This document shows, in pieces, positions 17,718 to 27,279 of a stretch of 64,000 bases of DNA. The stretch is taken from positions 576,001 through 640,000 of the forward strand of contig CAVTTN010000002.1 of assembly GCA_963737655.1 (NCBI GenBank). Direction: 5' to 3'. Each line of letters opens with the position of its first letter. Position 1 is the stretch's first letter. The notes below the pieces were generated by a model. The model saw only the letters and a program-made list of their open reading frames with translations, was not told where the DNA came from and did no database searches. This DNA is from an uncultured Planctomycetota bacterium. GTDB lineage: Bacteria; Planctomycetota; Planctomycetia; Isosphaerales; Isosphaeraceae. Position numbers and translations under genes: made by a program.

Positions 17718-19030
17718 GCATCGATCTCGATGTCGTCCACTGACACGGCTCGGGCTTCCCGCTCCACCGTGGTCAATTCGCTGGTGTTCACCGTCAACCG
17801 GTAATGCTGGCGGGGGTCGAAGTCGTCGAACTGGTCGATCCGGTCCAGCACGTCGGAGACCAGCTTCTTGAGGAACAGGCGGGGGGCGATGCCGACCTTG
17901 CCCCCCAACTTCCCGGCCACCGACCGGGCCAGCGCCTCGATATAGTCGTCGTCGGCCAGGCTCCTGACCCGGACGGGCGACGTGCAATCCGACACGAACA
18001 GGTCACGCACCTTGATCCCGACCTCCAGCAGCCGGGCGTGATCGAAGGGAGGGAGGCGAAGCTGCACCGCCCTCGGGTTGTCGAATCGTGCGTCGGTCTG
18101 GAAGTCCACGTGCAGCCGCTGGGCGAGTGGTTCCAGGCGCTGCACCCCTTGCGGCCCGTCGAAGAAAGCCGGGGTGCCGGTGATGATCAGGCACAGGTTC
18201 GGGAAACGACCCCCGTCGATGTCGTCGATCAATTGTCGCAAGGCGTTGAGCCCCTTCTCACGCACGTCGCCCCGGACACGCTGGAGCGTCTCGATCTCGT
18301 CGAGCACAAGGACCAATCCCGAGTACCCCGAGTCCTTCAAGATCAGGAGGAGGCCCCGGAAGAAGCTCAGGGCGGCGAAGTGGTCCACGTCCCCCTTGAC
18401 CCCTGCGACTCGCTTCACGGATGCGGCCACGTGCGGCTGACCGGCGAGCCAACCGGCGAGGCCCTCGGCGGTTGCGTGGTCGTCCCGACGTTGGGCCGTG
18501 CGGTACGACCGCAAGGCGGCGGCGAATTGGGGGGTCGCTCGGGTGATCTCGACCAGGCGCTTCTCCAGCAGGTCGTCGGCACGGGAGGCCAGCCCCGCCG
18601 TGTCCGACGGATCGAAGGTGCCCTCGGCCAGGACGTCCTCCTCAAGGGCATAGAACCAGCCGTCGATCACCGACCGGAAGGCCCCGAGGAAGCAGTCGGC
18701 GGTGGACAACTGCTCCATCGCTCGGCGGTAGACCGTCTCCAGCCGGTGCAGCGGCGTCTCCGTCTCGGAGATCTGCACCTCGGCGGTGGCGAACCCCTTC
18801 TTCTTGGCGTGCTCCTGCACCCAGCGCCCGAAGAACGTCTTGCCGCAGCCGTAGTCCCCCCGCACGGCCTTGAACACGGAACTGCCCTGGGCGACATCCG
18901 CCAGTTCGCCCGTCATGGCGGGCTCGAAGCGGCCCAAGCCCACGGCGAGGAAGTCCAGCCCCCGCTGGGGGACGGTCCCCTTCCGCAGGGCGGCGATGAT
19001 GTCACGGCGGCGTTCTCGGCTGATTTCCAT
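17714..19030 (-). CDS. brxD: BREX ATP-binding protein BrxD (DUF2791)
   Basis: ALRKGTVP..GL, GDYGCGKT, LVLDEIE, RLFLKKLV.DVLD. Confidence 0.92.
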   Translation of the reverse strand: MEISRERRRDIIAALRKGTVPQRGLDFLAVGLGRFEPAMTGELADVAQGSSVFKAVRGDYGCGKTFFGRWVQEHAKKKGFATAEVQISETETPLHRLETVYRRAMEQLSTADCFLGAFRSVIDGWFYALEEDVLAEGTFDPSDTAGLASRADDLLEKRLVEITRATPQFAAALRSYRTAQRRDDHATAEGLAGWLAGQPHVAASVKRVAGVKGDVDHFAALSFFRGLLLILKDSGYSGLVLVLDEIETLQRVRGDVREKGLNALRQLIDDIDGGRFPNLCLIITGTPAFFDGPQGVQRLEPLAQRLHVDFQTDARFDNPRAVQLRLPPFDHARLLEVGIKVRDLFVSDCTSPVRVRSLADDDYIEALARSVAGKLGGKVGIAPRLFLKKLVSDVLDRIDQFDDFDPRQHYRLTVNTSELTTVEREARAVSVDDIEIDA

Positions 19031-19034
19031 CGGT

Positions 19035-21748
19035 CTATTCCAGGTCGAACTGCCGCTTGAGCTTCCCGATGTTGAGTTCGATGCGATTCTCGGCCCGGCT
19101 CAGCGTGAGAATCTCGTACCCGTCCACGTTCAGCAGGCGCTGGATGCGGGCGATGAGCCCGTCCAGCCGGGCGGCGGGGACGTCGGCGAACTTGGAGAAG
19201 GCGGTCGGGGTCGTCATCCCGCCGCTGGCATCTAAGGCTTCGAGGCAACGCCGCACCACGTCGTCCTCCGGTGCGTGGCGGCGGATCAGCTCCTTCTGGT
19301 TCCGGTACGCCTCCGAGGCGAGTAGCCGCCCGATCCAGCCCTTGGTCGGGGCGAGCGGGGCCGGGGCGAGGCCGTCCATAGTCGGGGCGTGATCGTCCCC
19401 CACCTCGGGAACCTCGTCGAGGTCGAACAGGCTGGCCTGGCCCTTGCGGGCCGTGACAGCCACGGACGGCTCCTCGACCGCCGACGTCAATGTCGGGGCC
19501 GACGACCACCACTCGGGCTTGGGGTACTCGCACGGGTGCAGCCCGGAATAGGCGCTGCTCCGGTCCGTCAAGACCACCAGCGGACAGACCATCTCCTGAG
19601 GCGTGATCCCGCCGTGATAGCCGTTCTGAGGCCGACCGTAGTAGAGCGACTCCGACCACGGGGCGATGACCGCATTCCTCCCCTTGGCGTCACGGACCCG
19701 GCCCCCCTGGACGAGCATTTCGCCGTCCCGAGGATCGCCGGAGCCGTCCGCCAGCGGCTGCCGTCGTCGGAGGAGAAGCTCGTGGAGTCCGGTCGGTGCC
19801 AGACGTGCCCGTGGTCGCTGGCGAGAACCACGACCCGGCCCGAGTCACGGGCGAGCTTGAGCAGCGGGCCGAGGTGGCCGATCCGGTCGATCGACCACAG
19901 CATCGGCATCTGGTCGCCCTTGCTCAGGAAGTCGTCGATGGCGTTGATGACGACGCCCACCACCCGATCGTTCTGCGAGAGGATGGCCCGGCTCAGGTCG
20001 TCCCCGACGATTCCACGGCTGCCCTCGCCGACCCCTTTCTTGTGGAACAGGACCGGGGGGTGGCGCTTGTCGCAGACCTGCCTCAGCGGGGCGTGTGCCT
20101 CGAAGTTCCGCTTCTCGACCGACGCATCGCCCCTCTCCAGCCTGCCGGACAGGAGGCTCGCCCTGGAGTAGCCGGTCACGCTGGGGATTGTGGCGATGAC
20201 GGGCATCGGGGGCGACGACGATTCGTCCGTGGTGGCCTCGAACCAGTGATCACGCCGGATGTCCTCCAGAAGCTCGTGGCACACCGCCCAACTCATCCCG
20301 TCGAGGACGATCAGCAACACCCGGTTGTCGGCCTCGGTGATCCTGGCGACGACCTGCGTCATCACGTCCTCGACGCCGCAGATCTCCTTGGCGGAAGAGC
20401 CCACGGAAGTCCAGTCTGCCAGCGACCGGGCGAAGGCGTGATTGAACTCGTCCCGCCGTGTCAGGATCGCCCGATCGAGCCGCTGGTATGCCTTGCTCAA
20501 CCCGGCCACGTCCTCGCCACGGCAGACGGACTCCCGTGCCCAATCGACGAAGGACAATTCCTTGCGGTAGGCGTCCACCATGTCGGCGAACGACGTGGCC
20601 TGGGGGATCGGTTGGGCGAGCCAGCGGGCGAGGCGAAGGGCCATCTCGGTGCGAGACACCTGCTCCACCCGCCTGCCGAGCTTGGCGATCCGGTGCGAGG
20701 CGATCTCGTGCTGGAGCTTCTCGGAAAGTTCGGTGACGGATTCGTCCGGGACGTCGAGGACGGCCTCGATCTGCGTCCCGAATCTTGCCAGCCGCTGCTC
20801 GTAACCCCGCAGCGTCAGTCGGTTCCTGTACGCATGGTCGTCGCATCGGAACTGACGGAGCAGTTCGTCGGCCCGCTGGAGGTGTTGCTGGGCGATGCGG
20901 GGGTCTTCCCTCCGATCCAGGTCGGCGATGGCCTCGGTGGCGACCCGACCCAAGGCCCGGCCCACGCCCGAGGAGATCGGCTTGTGCTGATGATATTGCT
21001 CCATGCGGGCGGCGGCGGCGGGCATGGGCTTCTCGTCGTCGTCGCCGAAGACGACCTGGCAGGCGACGGCGAGGGCCAGGGCATCGGCACCCGCCCCGCT
21101 GCCCAGGAATCGCAGGATGGAATCGGCGGCATCGCCGAGTCGGTCGGTGAGGCGCTTCCTGAGGCTGGCCCGCAAGTCGTCCCCCACGGCGAGGTAACGA
21201 GACGCACCCGACTTCGAGGACGCCCACAAGAGGAGCGAGACCAGATCGGGCTCGCTCTCGCCCATCTCGAAGACGTGGCGGCTCACCGCCCGCCAGACCG
21301 TACCGGCGTCCAGGACGCCAGCCGATACGGGCGGGTAGCCGTCGGCGGGGGCGTACTCCATGAGGGCCTGGGCCAGGGCCGGGTCGCAGATCGAGCGGTC
21401 GAGTTCCTTCGCCTTGAAGAGGGCACACAGGCTGGCCCAGTGATCGACGGGGAAGAGCCGACTGCGGGCCAGCCGGGCGACGACATCATTGCCCAGATCT
21501 CCCTGCGGCAGCTTGGTCAGCAGGATGATCCGATCTTTACTCCGTTCGGCGGACGTGAGCGCCTGCCGCACCTCGAACACCGTGTCCGCCCGCACGACTC
21601 GGGCCTTGCCGAAGTCGAAGACGACCTCGCTCGGGGCTGTCCATGAATTGGTCACGTGGAGGCCGACGGCGGGGGCACTCTCGTCCCGCTGCCATTTCTC
21701 CTCCACCAATGAGCGGAGTTGCTGTGCGCTCAGGGTGCCCATGCTCAT
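19035..21748 (-). CDS. pglZ: BREX-2 PglZ phosphatase-domain protein; 1-bp frameshift near 19740 (likely assembly error)
   Basis: LIVLDGMSW, ASDHGH, GYHGGITPQEM, RLLNVDGY; two ORFs join at CGG ACG GCT CC GGC GAT. Confidence 0.88.
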
Positions 21749-24700
21749 TGCGGCCCCTCCTCCAGCGTCCACCGGATCGTGAGGCGGCGACGGGGGTCCT
21801 CACGCAGCTTGCGGGCGAATTCCTCGGCGACTTCTGCCAGTCCCTGCTCGGTCAGCCGGACCCCGACATCGCTCTGCACGATTCGCCAGTCGGGGCCGCT
21901 CGGCTGCGGTTGCGGCGTCACCACCGGGGACGGCGGCGTGACGGTAGACACGGGCGTGACCTTGGGCGGGGTCAGCAGCTTGATCGCCCGGCCCTCGGCC
22001 TCGGAGAGCTTCGCCGCCACGCCCCCGGCGAGGGCGTGCTCGTCCGCCCTCAGCCACGATCGAACGTCGTCGAGCAGCATCTGGGCGCTGGTCTTGCGGT
22101 CGTCGTCGATCTGCGAGACCGCAGAGAACAGGTCCCACCTCGTCGCCTTGAGGCAGTCCAGCACCCCCCTTGCCGATTTCAGGCTGCGGCCCATCGACGT
22201 GCCGGAGGTGTCGAGCTTCGCCTTGGCGATGATCCCCACGAGGGCGGTCGGCTCCTTGCCGCCGCTTGCGCCGAGCAGGCCCCTCACCGCCTTCGCCGTC
22301 CTCACCCGTTCGGCCATCACGGCCTCGGCCTCGCCCACGCCGACGTTGTGCAGCACGAGTTGCAGGCGATCGGGCAGGCTGTCGCAATCCGCCTTGAACT
22401 CGGCGACACTCTCCCCGACCTTCGAGGCGAGCGTGGCGAGGTTCGAGGCGTTTAGCAGCCTGGAGACGGCATGGCCGAGGATGTCGGCCACCCTCGTCAC
22501 CGCCTCGTCCCAGTCCTTCAGGTCGGGCAGCGTCTGCTCCTGAAGCTCCAGTTCGTTCGGCAGGTCGTCCAGGCCCGGCGTGTAGTTGCTCCCGTAGCGG
22601 ACGAAGGAGCGATTCGTCTGGTCGGCGTAGGTCAGGATGAGCAGATTCTGGATCTCACGGGGCAGCCCACGCTCTTCCGGCTGGTCGGTCCAGCGCCGCA
22701 GGTCCGCCACGGTCGGGTGGGGTTGCTGCGAGGCGGCGAGCATCCTCGTGAAGTGGTTCTTCCAGACGTTGCCCAGGACGAAGTGCGTCTCGGACATCTG
22801 GCCCAGATCGAGCGGGTTGCAGACGTTCCTGAGCTTCAGCCTCACCGCCTTGTCCTCGACGAACACCCGTCCGTCCGGGGTGCGTGCGGCCTCCTGGCAG
22901 ACTTCGAGCACCTGCCGCAGGTCCTTGCCGAGCTTGATCTCCTGCCCGAACTTCGGATGCCTGGGGTACTGGTGCGACAGGGCCTGATCGAGGAGGTTTT
23001 CCATCGCCTCGCCGAGGTTCGCCCCCACGGGGCGTTGCAGGACGAGGGTCGGCAACATCGACTGGAAGTGCGACTCCGACAGGTCGAACGAGGCGTCGAG
23101 CGTGCCGGGGGTCGGCTCGGAGCGGATGGCATAGGCCGCTTCCACCGCTTGCAGCAGTCGCTGGGACAGGGCACTCTGCTGGTTTTGGAGGAGCAGCCGG
23201 GCGGTCTGACGGTCCTGGAGAGACAGGTGCTTGGCGTGCTGATCGAGGCTCGTCCCGAGCAGGAGGCGATCGATGATGACGAGCTTGCCCAGTTCGGCCT
23301 GCGTGCGAGGCGAGAAGAACGACGGCAGCCAGACCAGCGTGCGGTGCTTCTCGTTCTTGTCCCGGAACTTGTCCAGCCGGTCGAGGTCCTCGGTCGGGGT
23401 GTGGCCCTCGGTGTCGAACGGGAAGTCGATGATGAGCTTCCAGTCGCCCGTGGACCTCAGCGACTCGTCGGGCAGGGTGCGGGCGTTCGTGAACAGCACG
23501 TCGCACGACCGCCTGCTCCCCCGCCAGAGGAACTCGTGCGTGATGAACATCTCGTCCTGATCGGGGATGCCCAGCGACTTGAAGAGCATCCGGCGGATCT
23601 GGAACTGGCGGTTGCCGGGGTTGTCATACACCCGAGCCGCTTCGAGGATGCCTTCGGTGTCCACGCCGGACAACTGGATCGAGACGGTGGGGTTCGTCGG
23701 CTCCTCGCCGACCCGGATCTCGCCGACCGTGCCCGCCCAGGTCCTCAGCTTCTGGGCGACGAACTGGTGCTCCCGGTTCGGGATGGGGGACCGGACGGTC
23801 CCGTGGTTCAGCGCCGCCAGCTTCATGCACGTCATGTTCTTGAGCGTCTCGACGCCATGCACCAAGGCGCAGAGCAGCAGGCTCTTGATCAGGCGGTCGT
23901 CGTTCTCGAACCGCTGGACCTTGGCGGCGACCTCCCGGTCGGTCTTGGCCCGCTCCCGGTCCACGTCTAGGTCGATGCCGATGCTCTCCTCCAGCATGGG
24001 CCGGAGCTTCTGCTGATAGAGCTTCTTGGCGTTCTCGAAGTTCAGCCGCATGACGTCGGTGAACGCCTCGTCGCCGTGGGCCACCACGTCCCAGAGGTCG
24101 CCGAGCGGGATCACGTCGCCCAGCCTCAGCGTGTCACGCCGATTGACGAGCAGTTGCAGCATGATCTTGAGGGCCGTCCGCTCCCGCTGCAAGGCGCTCG
24201 ACACCGCCACCAACGCCTGGATCAGGGCGGGGCTGAACGGGTAGACCATCTTGAACATCGCCCGGTCGGCCTCCCGGGTGAGGAGCACCTCCATGATCTC
24301 GGAGCGGACCTGGGCGGTCCTCTCGAAGGCGTCCTCAAGCTCGGCCCGGCACGCATCGTTTTTGGGCTTGAGCACCCGCTTCTGGGCGATTACCGGCAGG
24401 TTGCGGTCCTCCAGCGTGACCGTGTGGAACCGTCCCTCCCAGTGGCTCAGCACCTCGCCGAAGTTCAACTGCTCGACGCCGGTCACGTTCTCGCCGATCA
24501 GTTCCCGGAGGTCCCGCTGGCGGGCCACGAAGCTGATGATCGGGACCGGACGCTCGGCCTTGCGGGACTCGACGAGCTTGGCGAGCTTGTTCCCCTCGGT
24601 CTGGACGAAGTTCAGGTCCGCCGAGTGGGTGGCGAGCCAGAGGATGAGTTCGTCGAGGAACAGGATCAGGGCGTCGTAGCCGAGCGACTTGGCGTGGGCG

Positions 24701-25458
24701 CTGATCACGGCCAGCCCCACGTCGAGATCGACGTAGGCTTCGTCCTTGCCGCTGGCGATCCCCTTGAAGGCGGGGAAGATGTGCTGCACGAGGTCGCCGA
24801 CCAGTCGGCTCCGCTCCTCGCTGGCGGGCGGGGCGTCCAGGGCCGTCTCGAACCGGGCGGCGTCCCACCCCTTGGCGAGCTTGCCCCAGCCCGATCCCGC
24901 CCCGGCCTGCTGGCCCTGGTTCAGTTGGGCGAAGAACTTCTCGTCCCCCAGCGCCTCCCGGTGCTGCACGGCGTTCTTGAAGATCTCCCCGGCGAGGTAG
25001 ACGCCCGGGAGTGGGGCGGTCGGGTGGTGCTGGGTGACGTGCTCGACGTATCCGCCCAGGATGGCGGACTCCATGTTGCGAGCGCCGATCATGTGGTACG
25101 GCACGAGCAGGAACTTCTTGTCCTCCGCCCAGGCGTGCCTGGCGACGACCGGGGCGAGTTCCTTGATGTTCCGCACGGCGGGGACGTGCGAGAGCAGGAG
25201 GTGGAGCACCGCCATGAAGTGCGACTTACCGGCACCGAAGCTGCCGTGCAGGTAGCACGCCTTGCTGCTCGTCGCCTCGACCGCCGAGCGGATGAAGCCG
25301 AGGGCGTCGTCGAAGCAGTCGGCAAGTTGGGGCGTGACCACGTACTGTTCGAGCGTCTTCTCCGGCTCGGTGACGCCCCTGGACAGGTTGAGGACGAAAT
25401 CCCCCTTGCGGACCCGTTCCGGCAAGTCGAGCAGTTCGCTGATGAGTTTCTCCGCCAT
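21745..25458 (-). CDS. pglY: BREX-2 ATPase PglY
   Basis: YLHGSFGAGKSHFMAVL, LFLDELILWL, SFVARQRDL, YPFSPAL, ALNHG. Confidence 0.92.
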   Translation of the reverse strand: MAEKLISELLDLPERVRKGDFVLNLSRGVTEPEKTLEQYVVTPQLADCFDDALGFIRSAVEATSSKACYLHGSFGAGKSHFMAVLHLLLSHVPAVRNIKELAPVVARHAWAEDKKFLLVPYHMIGARNMESAILGGYVEHVTQHHPTAPLPGVYLAGEIFKNAVQHREALGDEKFFAQLNQGQQAGAGSGWGKLAKGWDAARFETALDAPPASEERSRLVGDLVQHIFPAFKGIASGKDEAYVDLDVGLAVISAHAKSLGYDALILFLDELILWLATHSADLNFVQTEGNKLAKLVESRKAERPVPIISFVARQRDLRELIGENVTGVEQLNFGEVLSHWEGRFHTVTLEDRNLPVIAQKRVLKPKNDACRAELEDAFERTAQVRSEIMEVLLTREADRAMFKMVYPFSPALIQALVAVSSALQRERTALKIMLQLLVNRRDTLRLGDVIPLGDLWDVVAHGDEAFTDVMRLNFENAKKLYQQKLRPMLEESIGIDLDVDRERAKTDREVAAKVQRFENDDRLIKSLLLCALVHGVETLKNMTCMKLAALNHGTVRSPIPNREHQFVAQKLRTWAGTVGEIRVGEEPTNPTVSIQLSGVDTEGILEAARVYDNPGNRQFQIRRMLFKSLGIPDQDEMFITHEFLWRGSRRSCDVLFTNARTLPDESLRSTGDWKLIIDFPFDTEGHTPTEDLDRLDKFRDKNEKHRTLVWLPSFFSPRTQAELGKLVIIDRLLLGTSLDQHAKHLSLQDRQTARLLLQNQQSALSQRLLQAVEAAYAIRSEPTPGTLDASFDLSESHFQSMLPTLVLQRPVGANLGEAMENLLDQALSHQYPRHPKFGQEIKLGKDLRQVLEVCQEAARTPDGRVFVEDKAVRLKLRNVCNPLDLGQMSETHFVLGNVWKNHFTRMLAASQQPHPTVADLRRWTDQPEERGLPREIQNLLILTYADQTNRSFVRYGSNYTPGLDDLPNELELQEQTLPDLKDWDEAVTRVADILGHAVSRLLNASNLATLASKVGESVAEFKADCDSLPDRLQLVLHNVGVGEAEAVMAERVRTAKAVRGLLGASGGKEPTALVGIIAKAKLDTSGTSMGRSLKSARGVLDCLKATRWDLFSAVSQIDDDRKTSAQMLLDDVRSWLRADEHALAGGVAAKLSEAEGRAIKLLTPPKVTPVSTVTPPSPVVTPQPQPSGPDWRIVQSDVGVRLTEQGLAEVAEEFARKLREDPRRRLTIRWTLEEGPQ

Positions 25459-25578
25459 CGCCTCGCCCTCAATTCTCAGCGTAGATTCGACTCTTTCGCC
25501 CGGGTCTATACAATTCCAAACCTAACCCCTGAAATGGTTTACGGAATAATTCTCCGGACGATTCGTATAGATGGCCGT

Positions 25579-27279
25579 CTAATTCTTGACTTCCGTCGTT
25601 GGTTTACACAATTCCCACTTTGTGCCTTTTCCCCGCTTCTCGCCGACAGGCCGGATGACCCCATCTCGACGTAACTCCTGGAGCAGATTCGTGATGAAAT
25701 TCCGCTTCTGACCGTCGTCGAGGGCGTCCGAGAGCTTGCTCCGAAGCAGGTTGTCGAAGTCCGGGCGGGTGGCCTCCCCCTGCTTCTGGAGGAGTTCGAT
25801 CACGATCTTCTGGCAGTAGGCTTTGTCGATGCCCCGCCGCTTGAGGTAGTCCACGAGCGATTCCGTGGCGGCGGCGACCGACTCCGAGACGATCAAGTTC
25901 GGTCGTCGGCCTTCCACGAGGCCCTTTGCCTTGAGCGACTTGAACTCGGCCTCCCCGATCGTCTTGCCCTTCTGGACCTTATCGAGAGCGATCACGTCCC
26001 AGAGATCGAGGTCGTTCCGGGCCGTCAGCATCCGGGTGTACTTCTCGTCGATCACCTTACCGATGACCCGGACCCTAACCCGATCGGCGTCGGCCAGGTC
26101 GTAGTCGGGCATGGGGAAGTGACGGTGCCACTGCATCGTGAACATCCGGCGGATGCCGCTGCCGATGGTGTCGATCATGTTCAGGTTGACCATCGCCTCG
26201 GCCAGGAACCGGTTCGGGTATAGCTCCGGCGGGGCGTCCCGGGCCATGACCTCCTCGACGGTGCCGGGGAGGAACTCTCCGACATTCGTGAAGAGCAGCG
26301 AGCCCGGCCCCTCGACGACGTTGATCTTACCACCCTGCGTGTAGTCCTGGTGGGCGATGCAGTTTTGCAAGCATTCCCGGATGACCCAGGGCTCGTACTG
26401 CGTGACCTCGGTGGGGAAGAGGCTGGCGTCGGGGAGGTAGCGGTAGGTGAGGTTCCTGACCTTGGCGAAGATGCGATCCACGGCCAGGATCAGCGGCGGT
26501 CCAAAATGCTCGTAATCGACCTCGATGCCGTGCTCGTCCTTCAACACCCATGTGATGCGTGCGATGCCGGGCGAGAGGAAGTGCTCGGATTCGTTCCTAC
26601 CGAGGAGGATGATCGCCGTGCGGGTGATCCGTCCGCCGATGCAGACCTTGGCCTTATTGAGGAACGTCAGATCGTCCCACTGGTCCACCTCAGACGCCAG
26701 GGCGGGGTGCTTCTTCTTGCATTCCTGGCGGGCGAACGAAATCCCCAAAGGGTCGAGATCGGCGAGGTTCGCTCCATCGCAAATCTGCGCCGACCAGTCC
26801 TGGCTCGGTCCCGACAGTAGCAACCAGAGTTGCCGTTCCCGCTCGGGATGCTCGGCGAGGGGCTTCTTATGACTTCCTACTCGCACGAATCGACGACCGC
26901 CGAAGGCGACCGGCGAGGAATTCGCTGCCTGGACCTCGAACATCACCACGGGGTGAGACCGGGCCTCAAACTCGAAGATGCGGAAATTCACTCTCGGGGC
27001 CAGGAGCTTGTTGAGCCACGGCTCCAGGTCTTCGTTGCTTGCTCCCTTCTGACTCCGAGGCTTGAACGACGTCCCGACGATATCCCGAGTCCCGTCCTCG
27101 ATCCCCCAGACGATGTAGCCAAACCGCCGCCCTTCCAGGGTTGCCGAATTCGACAGCGCCGACAGGTACTCGCCGATCATCTGGGATTCGGCGTAGTTGT
27201 GCTTGAACTCCGCCCATTCGGTTTCCTGCGGCAGAGCCAATAACTCGGCGAGCTTTGCCTCCAGTTGTGCGGAGGTCAT
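25579..27279 (-). CDS. AlbA_2 (Schlafen-like) + HATPase_c_4 + wHTH protein inserted between pglX and pglY
   Basis: ETEWAEFK, SALSNS..GYIVWGIED; IRECLQNCIAHQDY; NMIDTIGSGI; ATGA-coupled to pglX. Confidence 0.88.
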   Translation of the reverse strand: MTSAQLEAKLAELLALPQETEWAEFKHNYAESQMIGEYLSALSNSATLEGRRFGYIVWGIEDGTRDIVGTSFKPRSQKGASNEDLEPWLNKLLAPRVNFRIFEFEARSHPVVMFEVQAANSSPVAFGGRRFVRVGSHKKPLAEHPERERQLWLLLSGPSQDWSAQICDGANLADLDPLGISFARQECKKKHPALASEVDQWDDLTFLNKAKVCIGGRITRTAIILLGRNESEHFLSPGIARITWVLKDEHGIEVDYEHFGPPLILAVDRIFAKVRNLTYRYLPDASLFPTEVTQYEPWVIRECLQNCIAHQDYTQGGKINVVEGPGSLLFTNVGEFLPGTVEEVMARDAPPELYPNRFLAEAMVNLNMIDTIGSGIRRMFTMQWHRHFPMPDYDLADADRVRVRVIGKVIDEKYTRMLTARNDLDLWDVIALDKVQKGKTIGEAEFKSLKAKGLVEGRRPNLIVSESVAAATESLVDYLKRRGIDKAYCQKIVIELLQKQGEATRPDFDNLLRSKLSDALDDGQKRNFITNLLQELRRDGVIRPVGEKRGKGTKWELCKPTTEVKN

